This document shows positions 30,967 through 51,256 of a DNA stretch of 64,000 bases, piece after piece; position 1 is the first letter of the stretch, and each line of letters begins with the position of its first letter. Source of the stretch: the human T2T-CHM13v2.0 reference genome, Homo sapiens; assembly GCF_009914755.1 (NCBI RefSeq), contig NC_060930.1; one strand, given 5' to 3'. The position numbers and the translations under genes were made by a program. A model generated the notes under the pieces. The model was not told the origin of the DNA. It saw only the letters and a list, made by a program, of their open reading frames with translations, and made no database searches.

Positions 30967-31513
30967 TAGTAGAGACGGGGTTTCACAATGTTAGCCAGGA
31001 TGGTCTGGATCTCCTGACCTCATGATCCGCCCACCTTGGACTCCCAAAGTGCTGGGATTACAGGCGTGGGCAACCGCGCCCGGTCGAGGTGTGGATTTTT
31101 AAAAAAAATTATCCTGCTTGAAATTTTATAGGAGTCCTTAGTCTAAGAATTGTTATCTTTTAGTAATTCTGTTCTCAGCTCTGAACATTCGTCTCTCAAA
31201 ATATTTCCTCCTCCCATTCTCTCTCTGTCTTTCAAAACTCTGATTTGAGGCATGTTGGACCTCCCTTTCTATCTTCCTTGACTCTTCTTTTTTTTGAGAC
31301 GTAGTTTCGCTCTTGTTGCCCAGGCTGGAGTGCAATGGCGCAGTCTCGGCTTAGTGCAACCTCTGCCTCCCGGGTTCAAGCTCCTGCCTCAGCCTCCCGA
31401 GTGGCTGGGATTACAGGCGCCCGACACCACACCCAGCTAGTTTTTTGTATTTTTAGTAGAGACGGGGTTTCGCCATGTTGGCCAGGCTGGTTCGAGCTCC
31501 TGACCTCAGGTGA

Positions 31514-31843
<330 letters not shown>

Positions 31844-32687
31844 TAGTCAGGATGGTCTCCATCTCCTGACCTGGTGATCTGCCCGCCTAGGCCTCCCAAG
31901 GTGCTGGGATTACAGGCGTGAGCTACCGCACCCGGCCCTTCTTCCTTGACTCTTAACCTCTTCCTATGGTGTCTATCTCAGCCTCTCTGAGCTTCAGTTT
32001 GAATATCTTCTAGTTAACTAATAACTCTCTTCAGTTTCTAATCTGCTTGCTCATCATCGACTGAGTTTTAAACTTATATTACTCTATTATGCTTATTATG
32101 TATTTATTCATTCAATATTTATTTACTGATTTATTTACTTTTAGAGACAAGGTCTTACTCTCGTCTCCCAGGCTGGAGAGCAGTGGCATGATCAAAGCTC
32201 ACTGTAACTTCGAACTTCTGACCTCACGCAATTCTCCTGCCTCAGCCTCTGGAGTAGCCGGTACCACAGGCGTGCAACACCATGCCTGGTTAATTTTTGA
32301 ATTTTTTGTAGAGGTGAGATCTCACCGTGTTGCCCAGGCTGGTCTCGAACTCCTGGCTTCAAGCCATCCGCCCACCTTGGCCTCACTAATTGCTGGGGTT
32401 ACAGATGTGAGCCACAGCTCCTGGCCATAAAATTTTTAATTCTAGATGACTTTTTAATCTAATCTGCTTGATAAAATTTTAGTCTTTATTTCTTAGGATG
32501 ATAAGTCTTTCATATTTATTTAAACACATTAAACATATGCTGTCTGATGATTCAAATACCTGAGGTCAGCTGGGCGTGTGACTCATGCCTGTAATCCCAG
32601 GATTTTGGAGGCCAAAGTGGGTGGATCGCTTGGGGTCAGGAGTTCGAGACCAGCCTGGCCGACATGGCAGAACCCCATCTCTTACTA

Positions 32688-32849
<162 letters not shown>

Positions 32850-33169
32850 TCAAAAAAAACAACAACAACAAAACAAAAAAACAAAACAAAAAAAACCTGA
32901 GGTCTTTGTGTGTTTTTTCAATTCATTGTTTCCGCTGGCTCCCATTTATGGCCACTTTTTTCCTTATATTCTGAGGGATTTGTGCTTGTGAGCTCCTTCT
33001 CCTCTGAGAATCCTTTAAGAGGATCCTTTGGGCCTTGGGTTGAACCAGCATTCTTCTTGCACTTGTTTATCCCAGTTGCCTTATAGGCACTAATAACCGA
33101 GGACGATTTAAATTAAATGTTTCCTTTGGGGTAATATGAATTAGTTTTTGCCTTCCATTGACTTCTATC

Positions 33170-34930
<1,761 letters not shown>

Positions 34931-35483
34931 TGCTTTCTCTTTCTGCACTGTAGCTTTATTTCTCATTCACTCCTTCAGATGCATGCCTTTGAGAGCTGAG
35001 CTTTATATGGGGAGTTTCTAATCGACTCCCACATTGGGTGGGCCTGAGACTTCATTCCCTTCTTGTGTGCCCTAGGTGTCAATCAACATTTTGCTACAGT
35101 TCACTGTAATTGAGAAAATACCCTTAGGATAAAAGCCAGTTTCAGGAATATGCCTCCTAGGATTCCTGTTTTTATTTCATTTTGGCATTTGCAAATTCTT
35201 CACGTGTTTGCCAGATCTTTGAAATGTTAAAAATATATAATTATTCATAATTTTTCGTTGTTTTCCATGAAAGAGTCATTTGAGAAATCTAGTCTGCCAT
35301 GCTGTCATAATGGGAAGTCTGAAGAATATACTTTTGAAAAGTAGATCAGGCCAGGCACAGTGGCCCATGCCTGCAATCCCAGCACTTTGGGAGGCCGAGG
35401 TGGGCAGATCACTTGAGGCCAGGAGTTCGAGACCAGCCTGGCCAACATGGCGAAACCCCATCTCCACTAAAATACAAAAATTA

Positions 35484-35651
<168 letters not shown>

Positions 35652-35784
35652 TCATCTCCTACCTCTGATTAAAGTTTTCTGATGGTTTCATCTGGCACTT
35701 AGAACAAAACTTCAGCTTCCTGGCCGGGTGTGGTGGCTGACACCTGTAATCCCAGCACTTTGGGAAGCCTGGGGGGGTGGATCA

Positions 35785-36100
<316 letters not shown>

Positions 36101-36579
36101 TCATCTTAAAACATTGCCCTCTTGCTACGTTCTTCTTGCTGATCCGCAAACACACTTACCTTCTCTCCATCTTGGGGCAATAATTCCTCCATGAAGCTGC
36201 CTCTGTTTCATCTTTAATGCTTCAGAGAGACTTTTACTGACTTTGCCACCAAAAGTAGACCTCCCCCGATACCACTCCTTATCCCAATAGTCTGTATTCT
36301 CATAGCTCTTATGACCATAAGAAATTGTGTTACTATTTACCTATTTATTTGTTTGTTGTCTGTCTTGCTCTCTAAGAGAATGTAAATTCTATGAGAGCAG
36401 ACACTGTTTCTTTCATTTCACTGCTGTTTCCCCAGTACCTAAAATTGCACTTGTAACTTAGAAGGGACTCGATGAACAGTTGTTAAATGAATGAATTCTG
36501 TAGCGACTAACCTTGCACACATATATAACATATATTTATGAACTGTAAGTGTAGTCATGCCTGAATATGTAAATATTAA

Positions 36580-36781
<202 letters not shown>

Positions 36782-36964
36782 TAGCCAGGATGGTCTTGAT
36801 CTCCTGATCTCATGATCCGCCTGCCTCGGCCTCCCAAAGTGCTGGGATTACAGGCATGAGCCACCGCGCCCAGCCTAAATTTTTATTTTAAAGAATAAAT
36901 TGCTCTGTGTTTATGTGTCCTTTACATGGTATTATTGGAATTCTTAAAGAATTTATATGTGTAT

Positions 36965-37655
<691 letters not shown>

Positions 37656-38221
37656 GCATATTACCTATGCATTGCAGAAGTTATACTAAGTATTTATTTT
37701 AAAAGGAAATGCTGGTTTTCAAAGGGTTGAGAACCACTGTCCTAAGTGTTGATGATTCTCTATCCTCCAAGCACCAACCCATATTTGTCTGACATTCTAC
37801 TGGACAGCCTACCCTCAGCTATTGCATGGCATTCTAAGTTCAACATCTCCAAAACAAAACTCATGTTCTGACTCCACAAAACTTCCTCCTTGTGCTTGGC
37901 TCCCAGGTGTTATGCTTTTGCCTACTATCCTCATGCCCACCATCATTTAATCAGTTGTCAAATACTATCCTTATACCTGCTTGACACCACTTGCAATTGT
38001 CTATTCCTTTTCTTCTCCATTACCATGTTGTAGTTTACATGCTCATCATCTTGCCCCTGGTACCTTGCAACATTTTCCTCTGGAGTCTTCTGCTGCCCTT
38101 ATGCCACTCTTATTTACTCTCTAAATAGCATTTATAGTATGTATATCAAATAACGCACAGCCTGTTGTGGGACTTTTCAGCCTCAATAGTCGCATGAGCC
38201 AATTCCCCTAATAAATCTGTC

Positions 38222-38255
<34 letters not shown>

Positions 38256-38260
38256 TTATC
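38222..38260 (+). repeat. (ATCT)n tetranucleotide microsatellite
   Basis: About 8 perfect ATCT units inside the MLT2-type LTR. Confidence 0.9.
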
Positions 38261-38383
38261 ATCTCTCTCTCCATCCATCTTTCTATTTATGTCCTACTAG
38301 TTCCGTCTCTCGAAAGGCCCATTACTAATACAGGTTTTGTTACCAGGAGTGGTACTAGATGAACAGAATTTTCTTTTTTTTGA

Positions 38384-38527
<144 letters not shown>

Positions 38528-38927
38528 TAATTTTGTATTTTTAGTGGAGATGGGGTTTCTCCATGTTGGTCAGGTTGGTCTCAAACTCTCGACCTCAGGT
38601 GATCCACTCGCCTTGGCCTCCCAAAGTGCTGGGATTACAAGCGTGAGCCACTGTGCCCCGCCGAGGAACAGAATTTTAAGGATAAGTTTCCTTAATTGGT
38701 CCGGGGGTTTCTGGAAGCGGCTCTTTAGTTTGAGTAGACCTAAAAATGCTAGGGACTCTACTTCTACTTGTACAGAGGGCACTGATAGTCCATGGCATGA
38801 ACAGTTTTAGAGATACGCAAAATAAATGCATTTGATACTCATAATTTACTACTTATAAGAGGCAAAGAATTTAATGACTCTATACATAATATTCTCAAAC
38901 ATTTGTGGAAACACCAAGGAATATAAT

Positions 38928-39652
38928 TGTGTCCGGAATTGGTTCCTGCCGGTGGGTTCTTGGTCTTGCTGACTTCAAGAATGAAGCTGCGGACCCTCGC
39001 GGTGAGTTTTACAGTTCTTAAAGATGGGTGTCCAGAGTTTTTTCCTTCAGATGTTCAGATGTGTCTGGAGTTTCTTCCTTTTGGTGGGTTCATGGTCTTG
39101 CTGACTTCAGGAGTGAAGCTGCAGACCTTCACAGTGAGCGTTACAATTCTTAAAAAGGGCGCATCAGAAGTTGTTCGTTCCTCCTGGTTGGTTTGTGGTC
39201 TCACCAGCTTCAGGAGTGAAGCTGCAGAGCTTTGTGGTGAGTGTTACAGCTCATAAAGGTAGTGTGGACCCAAAGAGTGAGCCGCAACCAGATTTATTGT
39301 TAAGAGCGAAAGAACAAAGAGCAAAAGAACAAAGCATCCCAAGCCTGGAAGGGGAGCAAAGCAGGAGCAGTTGCTACTGCTGGCTCAAGTGGCCAGCTTT
39401 TATTCCCTTATTTGGCCCCACCCACATCCTGCTGGTTGGTCCGTTTTTACAGAGTGCTGATTGGTGCGTTTACAAACCTTTAGCTAGACACGGAGTGCTG
39501 ATTGGTGCGTTTTTACAGAGTGCTGATTGGTGTGTTTACAAACCTTTAGCTAGACACAGAGCACTGATTGGTGCATTTACAATCCTTTAGCTAGACAGAA
39601 AAGTTCTCCAAGTCACAACCCCACCCAGAAGCCCAGCCGGCTTCACCTCTCA
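38928..39652 (-). mobile_element. Solo LTR12 (ERV9) LTR
   Basis: Minus strand TGAGAGGTGAAGCC...CCAATTCCGGACACA; 4-bp TSD TAAT (38924-38927 and 39653-39656); tandem CCAATCAG repeats in U3 and repeated U5-type blocks. Confidence 0.92.
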
Positions 39653-42229
39653 TAATGATGTTGGTTGGTTGCTCCTAGTGTCACTGGATAGAATGATGAA
39701 GGAATTGGATGATCTCCTGGAATGGATTTCCTGACTCCCAGTCCACATAAGTGACTTAAGAGTTTCTAGGTGTGTCCTGAGTCAGAATCTTCTCTCCTGT
39801 GACTACAGGTCTGAAATTGCCAAAAATCAAACACAAACCCTCATCACATGACTGGTTGAATTGCAAGGAAAGCTGAACTCTCAGCCTCACAGACTACCTA
39901 CTGTTAAAGTGAGGGCATTGATTAGGAAACAGTGGAATTCTGCAAATTGTGATGAAGACCTGTAGGAAGACCCTGATGAACCTCATGAGTCTCATTGGCC
40001 AGAAGTGACCTCCCCATTTCTACTCCCACCCTCAGAGGCAGCAGTGTCCCCACACACAGTGGTATCAACCTTTCTGCTCCCTTTGAGGGGATTAACCGGA
40101 AATAGTAATGGCTTCCCCTGAAGCAGTAGCCATACAAGATAATGCTGATTCTCCTCAGGACCCAACCCCACCACCCTTTTTTGCTTCTAGAACTGTAACT
40201 AGATTCAAGTTTCATCAGGACCCTAAAGGCGAAATACCAAGTGTGAGTCAGGAGGAGGTGTGATACATTCCAAAAGGGCTACTTGAGTTTTCTAATTTAT
40301 AAAGCAGAAATATGGAGAACACGTGGGGGAATGGATATTAAGGGTGTGGAATAATGGTGGAGGGAACCCACAGTTGGATCAGTCTGAAATTTATTAATAT
40401 GAACCCACTAAGTAGAGATTCTGCATTTAATGTTGCAGCTCAGGAGTAAGAAAGGTGCTAACAGTTTGCTTGGCTGAAACATGGATCAAAAGACGTCCCA
40501 TCAACAGCAAGTTAGAAATGGCTGATGTCCTGTGGTTTACCGTAGAGGAAGGGATTCAAAGGTTGATAATGCTAGAGTGAATTTGCCACGTGAAACCTCA
40601 CCCACACTAGGAGGGCCCAGAAGACATACCTTTCACCAATGCCTTGAGAAATAGATTTGTAAGGAGAGCCCCTGAATCCCTGAAGAGCTCTGTGACTGCT
40701 CTTCTCTGTAGACCATACCTTACAGTGGGAACCGTAGTCACTTAATTGAAAAACATAAATGCAATGGTAATAATTAGATTCCAAGATGGTAGGTCCCAAG
40801 TGCTGGCACTCAATGGTCAAAGGCAATGTAGGGGTAGTTACTGTAAAAACAACAGAGGCAAGGCAACAATTGCCACCCTACCTACCTTTCTCTTTCTTAG
40901 ATGGACAGAGATGACTCATGTAGTTCCTTTTATAAAAGAATCCACAGCCGGGCGTGGTGGCTCATGCCTGTAATCCCAGCACTTTGGGAGGCCGAGGCAG
41001 GCGGATCACGAGGTCAGGAGATCGAGACCATCCTGGTTAACTGGGTGAAACTCCATCTCTACTAAAAATACAAAAAAAATTAGCCGAGCATGGTGGCAGG
41101 CGCCTACAGTCCCAGCTACTTGGGAGGCTGAGGCAGGAGAATGATGTAAACCTGGGAGGCAGAGCTTGCAGTGAGCCAAGATCAAGCACTGCACTCCAGC
41201 CTGGGCGACAGAGCGAGACTCCGTCTCCAAAAAAAAACAAAAAAGAATCCACGATCCCACTTCACTCTACCATCATAAACTAATCACCCTCTCATTAGGC
41301 CCTACCTCCCAACACTGTTGCATTGGAGATTAAGTTTCTAACACATGCTTTTGGAGGGACATTCAAACCTTAGCTCAGACTTAATGGAATCACTGAGTAT
41401 CTGTCATGGGCCAAGTAATTTAAGCTTGGAAAACCCCCCAAAACACTACAATCCCTACTTAGTGTTGTGAAGCTCACAATCTTGTGAGAAAATGATGGTA
41501 TCACAGAACGTTAGAGGTGGAAGAGACTTTTGAACTTTAATCCAGTCCAGCATTTTACAGAAGAGGAAACGGAGTAGAGGACACACCCTGAAGGCAAGTT
41601 GTAGTAGAACGGGACTAGAACCTAAATTCCCTGGTAGGAACACTAGGACACACACACACAAACACACACACTTGTGCCTGCACACACACAGAGAGTAAGA
41701 GAGTGCAATAAGTGCATACAGCCTTACTGGTTAGCCAGTAAATGAAACCCTATTTAAAAACTGGGAAATACAGCTGGGTGCAGTGGCTCACGCCTGTAAT
41801 CCCAGCACATCGGGAGGCTGAGGCGGGCAGATCTCTTGAGGTCAGGAGTTCGAGACCAGCCTGGCCAACATGGTGAAACCCCATCTCTACTAAAAATACA
41901 AAAGTTAGCTGGGTGTGGTGGTGCGCACCTGTGGTCCCAGCTAATCGGGAGGGTGAGGCAGGATAATTGCTTGAACCCAGGAAGTGGAGGCTGTGGTGAG
42001 GTGAGATTGCACTCCAGCCTGGGCGACACAGTGAGACTTCGTCTCAAGACAAATAAATAAATAAATAAAATAATAAAAACTGGGAAATACCAGTGAAGTG
42101 ATTGAGATCAATGTGCAACCTTGGATAAGTAACTTAAATTCTTTCTGCCTCTGTTTCCTCACTTATAGGGATGATAATGGCTACCTTTCAGGGTGTTCTG
42201 GGAAAGATCAATGATGTATGTAAAACACC

Positions 42230-43030
42230 CTATCAGCTAGGGATGCTTTTGGCTGCAAGGAACACAAAATCCAACTGATAGTGTTCTAAACAAATAAGGG
42301 TTGATTTTTGTCCTATTAAGAGCATGGAGGGGCTAGGCACGGTGGCTCACGCCTGTAATCCCAGCACTTTGGGAGGCCGAGTCGGGCGGATCATGAGGTC
42401 AGGAGATTGAGACCAGCCTGGCTAACAGAGTGAAACCTGGTCTCTACTAAAAATACAAAAAAATTAGCCAGGCATGGTGGCAGGCACCTGTAGTCCCAGC
42501 TATTCAGGAGGCTGAGGCAGAAGAATGGCGTGAACCTGGGAGGCAGAGCTTGTAGTGAGCTGAGATTGCGCCACTGCACTCCAGCCTAGGCGACAAAGTG
42601 AGACTCTGTCTCAAAAAAAAAAAAAAAAAAAAAAAAAGAGCATGGAGGTAGGTGGCTGCTGGCATTTATTAGTCCAGTGGCATGGGTCCCTGAAAGTTTC
42701 TTGGCCTTTCCTTTATGCTTGTGGCTTCATGATGTCCAAATAATGTAAAAGTTCCAGATGTCACGTTTGCATTCAAAGTAGGAATAAGAGGAAACGAAGA
42801 AAGACTCTCTAGGCACATCTATCCCTTGTCCTGGGGACAGTAGTTTCACCTAGACATGCCCCAGCAGGATTCTGCTTATGTCTCATGGACCCAGTGTCAT
42901 CATGTCATTTCCCCTAGCTAGATGAAAAGCTATAGGAAGCTAAATATTTGGCTGTTAAGCCTCCGGAGTGGGGATGGCAAGGGAAAGGGGGTTGGGAATA
43001 GCTTTTTAGTAGCCAATGAATGGGACCTGC
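42230..43030. mobile_element. Old MLT1K/L-like MaLR relic with an inserted AluY-like element
   Basis: tcagctagggatgcttttggctgcaagg start; Alu at ~42330-42637 with TSD aagagcatggagg. Confidence 0.5.
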
Positions 43031-44403
43031 CATAAGAAACTATAATATAAGAGGCCTATTAAAGGGCAGTTTTTGGAATTTTAAGTAAACCTTTGAGGCT
43101 TGCCATGAACCTATCCAGACATTTTGACTTTCAACAATGAACTTTCATTGCAAAGAGTTAATAAGAAAGCATGAACTTGTTTTGGTGTGCAGTTTGTAGC
43201 TCTTATCACTTACTTTTCACATTTTATGGATTTCTTGAAATTGCCCTGGGATTATGGGAATTTGGTGACTCAGGTCATGAACTCCATTATTTTGGCTTTA
43301 GCCTTCAAGGTAAAGATCTGATACTAAGCTGGTCTTTACATCTATTTTTAACATCTTGGATTTGGAGGTAAAGGCGATTGTATGGAACCCCAAAACACAT
43401 TCAAGGTTGTGAAATAATGAAAATGTAAGTGGAGGCATGAAGATTCAATGTGTTCTTTATCATCCTTCGCAGCTTAAGTAAATGACTGACTATTCTCAGA
43501 GTCAAAAATAATTCAGGATTTAATTGGCAAAGGTATTTTAAGGTTCTGTCTTTTTCTATTTTTCTCCTGCCTTGGTAAAGCTATGAGTTATGTTGTAAGC
43601 ACTGAGCATCTTGAAATAGTAGTTACTAAGACAACGTATTAAATTAAGAATTAATTGGATTTTTAAAAATTCTCCTGTGTGTACATACAAACATATTGGT
43701 ATTATGGTTCTCATTTTACCTTGGCATAATATCCTCCTAAAGAGAAGCCCATATATCTTTGGATTCTGAAAATTATCATTTTCACACCTCCATAAGCAAA
43801 TAGAATCCTTTTAACATATAAAGGATCTCCTTCCTAGGGAAAAGTTGCTTATTATATACTCGTTAGTAGGTCTCCAGGCTGGCTTCCACCAAATTTTAAT
43901 AAATCATTGCATTTTCTATAAGTTGATTCCCCAGTTCCCATGATTATTTGCCAATAATGTCCAGGCATGTTTTCCGTATGCTTTCCTTAATTCATTATGA
44001 GCACATGAGATTCCTCTAAAGTGGTAAATTACGCATCTCAAATCTGAGCTCTGTAAGGGCTGGCAAGTGCTACTGATGATATGAACTACATAGTCCAGTA
44101 TATTGTTGCAGTTGTCTATGGAAACAAATGTAAGCTTTCCTGTCAATGCAGAAGGTTAGGGCCAGAAGGCATCTTAAAGAGCACACAACACATCCTATTT
44201 ATGTTACAAAGAATCAAAAGCATAGATTTTTGTGGGGTTTTTGTTTTGTTTTTTGTTTGTTTGGGGGACAAGGTCTCACTCCATCACCCAGGCTGGAGTG
44301 TATGATCTCAGCTCATTGCAGTCTCAACCTCCCCAGCTCAAGCAATCCTCCTACCTCAGCCTCTGGAGTAGCTGGGACCACAGGCACAGGCTACTACACC
44401 TGA

Positions 44404-44556
<153 letters not shown>

Positions 44557-45653
44557 TAGAGATAGTATGGAAATATGCTTTTCCCCATAGGCTTCATTCC
44601 CTACCTCTGCTGGATGTGAGGCACTATGCTAGATCTTAGGGATACAAAAAGGACTCCGATACGACCTTTCCCTAAAGAGCTCATGATCTTAGGAACCTGC
44701 AAGAGGAATGAGAAAGGTGAAGGGCCCTGATTTAGGTAGATGTCAACTCTGCCCATCTAAGGGAGAGAAAGGTAGGGAGGGTGGTGATTTAAATTAAATG
44801 AAGCCTCTCCTCTTGTTCATTCTGTCTTCTCTAAACAATCTTTAGCAGAAGGCAAAGTGATAGCTTTATGTTCAGAAGACTGAGAAAACAAATTTTGACT
44901 CAGCTATTTACCCATTTGCATCTCAATTTCTTTATCTGTAAAAAGGATGATAGTAATACCCATCCTCTAGAATTATGACAAGGTACATAGTAAAATAGAG
45001 CCCCTAACATGTGCGTTTTAGGGGGAGGAGAATGTACTATTCTCCAGGTGGACTTCAGTGAATTTGATTTTCCTTATGTTTATCCAGCCTAGTTTTTCTC
45101 CCTCAAACAATTTGTCCTTCAAGGCTAAGATAAAACTTCCATCAACACCCTTCCTCTTGTGCCTCTCAGATCTGGTGGCTTCCAGGGCTGCTGGCAACAC
45201 AAACCCCTTAGAAATCACAAGAGTGAAGCATAGGTTAGGGCAGTGGGGTTGGGGTGGCTCAGTAGGGTGTGTGGAGTAGGGAGATGGAAAGAAGGTTGTA
45301 TCTGCAATCACTGCAGGCTCCTCAGCTGTGATTGGGATGTGGCTTCCAGCTCTTCTGTCTATAAAACAGACGACTAATACAGAGCCTTCAGACTCAGCAC
45401 TCGGTTTTCACTCCATCCTCACTTCTCATCTCCCACTATGAGGGCACAAACCAGGGCTTCTTTAGCATGGTTTAAGCAAGTGCCATGCCCTCCACTTAGA
45501 ATAATTGGACACTTCATAATTCTTTTTTATTATAAATAATGATGATTCTCTTCATTATAGAAAGAATACATGTTATTTTTAATCAAAAAAATTGAAATAC
45601 ACTTTTTATTATTTTGAAGCTTCACCATCTTCTAAATGCAAGCATGTAAGTGA

Positions 45654-45890
<237 letters not shown>

Positions 45891-46392
45891 TGATCTCTTG
45901 ACCTCGTGATCAGCCTGCTTTGGCCTCCCAAAGTGCTGGGATTACAGGCATGAGCCAACGCGCCCGGCCGAAATATATATTTTTTTAATTAGCTTAGTGC
46001 AGTGGTGCGTGCCTGTAGTCCCAGCTACTTGGGAGCCTGAGGCAGGAGGATTGCTTGAGCCCAGTCGTTCGAGGCTACAATGAACTATGTTCTTGCCACT
46101 GTACTCTAGACTGGACAACAAACTGAGACCCTGTCTCTGAAAATAAAACATAAAAATAAATAAAGAAAAAATTAACAAAAAAGCAAAAAGTTTCTAGTTT
46201 AATGATTTGCTAAAATTAAATAGATAAATATCAATATTTCATCACCACTGTCTCATGAAAACTTTTTTTTTTTGGCTTAAGCTTTTAAGCATCACAATAA
46301 TAATAGTTGTATTCGGAAGATTCATTTGCATCATGTCAGGTATGTTGGTTGGATATATATATTGTGTATATTTAGTGTGACATTATTTTTAA

Positions 46393-46644
<252 letters not shown>

Positions 46645-46756
46645 TAGCCAGGATGGTCTCAATCTCCTGACGTTGTGATCCACCCGCCTTGGCCTCCCAT
46701 AGTGCTGGGATAACAGGCGTGAGCAACCATGCCGGGCAGGTCCAAGATTATTTTTA

Positions 46757-47155
<399 letters not shown>

Positions 47156-47967
47156 CTAGGCAACACAGTGAGACTCAGTCTCTAAAAAAATTAAAAAATT
47201 AGCTGGGCATGCTGGCACACACCCATGGCCCCAGCGACTCAGGAGGCTGAGGAGGGAGGATCGCTTTAGCCTGGGAGGTCAAAGCTGCAGTAAGCTATGA
47301 TCACACCAGTGCACTCCAGCGGGGGTGACAGAGTGAGACTCGTCTCAAAAAAAAAAAAAAAAAAAAGACATCTGAACTCACAAATCAACTCCATTGTGGA
47401 GGTGATCAAATTATAGAAGAAACATTTGCACACTTACCACTAGTTCTGTGGTCTTCTTTGTCTGTCTCTGGTGCTCCACCATATATCACTTTCTCAAGGA
47501 TAAATGTGCACAGCTGAGACTTTGTCCTGCTCACACACTGAGATGTAGAATAGAGGAAATTATTCACGTGGGTCAGCTATTTGGGGCTTTTAAATGATCA
47601 GATTACTTATCTATAGAAAATTTTACCCTGAATTACCTAAATATCTGCCTTGGTGCTTTGATTCATTTTATAAGTGTACCCACAAGGGAAGATTGAGTCA
47701 TAGTTAAAAGAATGTTTGTTTATCTGCTTATGTGGTACACTAAAACAGGGTGGCATCTTTATCCAAATCTGAGTTGCTTGGCAACTGAATCAGCTTTCCA
47801 TTTCTAGTTAACCAGCTGTGAATGGAACCTTACAGAGTCCAAGAATCACACTAATACTCACGTATTCATGGGAGGCCTAGAACCAAGGTCAGTAACTGAG
47901 CTACAATCTCAATAGAATCTATATTTCCCGCATTTATTATTTAGAATTCATAGGCTCCCAGATTTGA

Positions 47968-48225
<258 letters not shown>

Positions 48226-49743
48226 TGATCTGCCCGCTTTGGCCTCCCAAAGTGCTGGGATTACAGGGGTGAGCCACCGTGCCCGGCCAGAAGAGGCCTT
48301 ACATATTAATCTAAGTGCCATCCTGTAGTTAACTTCACTGTGGAGTTATGGGCCAACCTCGGCATGGACATCTGCCAATTTTAGTTCTAGCATACTCGAA
48401 TTTTAACAGATGATGATGTTTCAAACTATTAACCATGTGCCTATTTCAACATTTTTTTGTTTTCTGATTTTTTAAAAGGACATCCATTATGTTTTCAGTG
48501 AAGAAAATCACTATTGCTTATTCCATCTTTGGACAGTTTTTACTCATAACAGTTATTCCTTATAATGGGACAAAATCTGTCTATTAATTCTCCCAGACAA
48601 TCATAGTTTATCTCTTGGTGCCTTGTAGATCAAATGTAATACCCTTCCCATAAGACAGGTTAGCAATATGTTATCCTCATCTAAGTTTTTCATTCAGGCT
48701 AAATTTTCCCAATTTCTTCAATCAAACCTCATACATAGTGTCAAGTCCCTTCACTACTCTGATCAGTCATCTCTCAACTCAAATTCATTTTTGTGTGTTG
48801 TTTTTGAACCAGGACTCTGGAAGTAGAATGCAACCTTCCAGAAATGACAGAGTGAATTGGGACCATGTCCTAACTTGAAGAATACCATTCTCTTATGAAT
48901 GCAACTCAAGATTGCATGACCTGCTTGATACAAACAATCTCTAAAGTTGATAGGTATTGGGTTTATTGAAGATGAAAACCTCTGTCACTTAAACATAGTC
49001 TCCTCCACCGTGTTCATACACTTTGGGATTTTTCTGGACCCAAAACAAGACCTTAAATTTATCCTGCTAAATTCCATTCTATTTAATTCTGTCCCTCGTA
49101 TCAATATATCAAAATCTCTAGATTCTTTCCTACATATATCCTTTCTTTCAGCTTGGTGTCTTGCAAATATATGATGTGCCACACCTTTTATACATTTACC
49201 CAAGTAGATGACAAAAAAATTTAAGTAGATAACAAGGATAGTCTTATGCTAAGCCTTGAAACTTAATGCTAGTGATCCATTAATCTACCCCTTGATTATT
49301 GCCATTGAATCGGTTACTCATCCTTATGTCTAGCCCATAATCCTCTACTTCATGAGGAACAAACTATGAAGAACCTTATCAAATACCTTGCAGGAACCAG
49401 AAAAAGAGAAATAAAATATATTGGCTACCTCTTGCATTCAGTTATCTTTATATCACCTCATTTAATTAATTTGTGTTTTTTTAAACAAAGATCTAGTGAG
49501 TACTTATTATATGTCAGGTGCTATTCTAGGCTCTGGGTATATGCAGCAAAACTTCTTTTTTTTGGTATTATCATACATTCAAGTATCCTCATTTTGCAGA
49601 GTAAGAAAATGAGACTCAGAAATGTGAACTACCTCACAAAGTGAATATATACTGTAATAGCATCAGAGCCAGGATCCACACTTAACCATGTAAATTTCTT
49701 TTTCACTGATGGATTTCATCTCTGAGGTACACACCCACTGTAG

Positions 49744-50083
<340 letters not shown>

Positions 50084-50965
50084 TGAGCCACCGCGCTCGG
50101 CCCAATTTTGTCTTTATTATAATCTTTGTCCACAAAGTTTATATCTTAACCCTAAGTAGTGAATAATGTTGGGAATTACATGCATTACAGTAAATTGATA
50201 GGAAAAATATTTGGGACAACCAGGCTACTAGTTTATAAGGAATCACTAGTCTTCCGTGTTTTCCTTGATGCAACTCATTTTCTGGTTCTATTGTTATCCC
50301 CTTACCGTGCATCCACCTCCCTCAAAATGAACAAAATCTCCCAAGGTGGGGACAGGTAAGGCAAAGCATATTCAATTTCATATCTATAAGTAATAAAATG
50401 TGCCTCAATTATAGTGAGTTATTGTCTATATCATAATCCAAAGTCATGCCTTGGAGAAGAGGATGAAGGTTAAGGATTTCCAGGGCTAGCTTTTAGTTCC
50501 CAAAGAAACATTAAAGTTGTGTTTAATGCAAAAGATACCAGCAAAGCAGTTCAGAATCTCATATATCTCTTTATTCTTTTATAAAAAATTGCTGAGACAG
50601 GATCTCACTCTGTTGTCCAGGCTGGAATGCAGTGGTGTCATCATGACTCACTGCAGCTTCAAACTCCTGGGCTCAAGTGATCTGCCCACCTCAGCCTCCC
50701 TGGGACTGCAGGCACATGCCACCAAGTCCAGCTAATTTTATTTATTTAAACTTTTTCCAGAGATGGTGGTCTCACTAGGTTGTTCAGGCTATTCTCATAC
50801 TGTTGATCTCAAGCAATCCTCCTGCCTCAGCCTCCCAAAGTGCTGGGATTATAGGTGTGAGCCACCTTATGTAGCCTTATTTGTCTTTATTCTTTTAGGT
50901 GTCAAAATTCAGTTTATGTCCTTCATCTTTCTCAATTATTCTTTTTTCCCTAACAAAAATCATAA

Positions 50966-51256
<291 letters not shown>

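Noticed and set aside
38118-38216. Possible minus-strand cassette exon in the MLT2 LTR (AG at 38218-38217, GT at 38117-38116)
   Set aside because: The acceptor lacks a polypyrimidine tract (preceded by GATA repeats) and the donor is weak; cannot be supported without RNA data.
38927-39590. 109-aa and 139-aa ORFs and a CRISPR-like repeat periodicity
   Set aside because: These are the internal tandem repeats of LTR12; eukaryotic context with no spacer array.
45350-45420. TATAAAA with a nearby ACTCAGCA motif as a plus-strand promoter
   Set aside because: Isolated short motifs expected by chance; no supporting exon structure.
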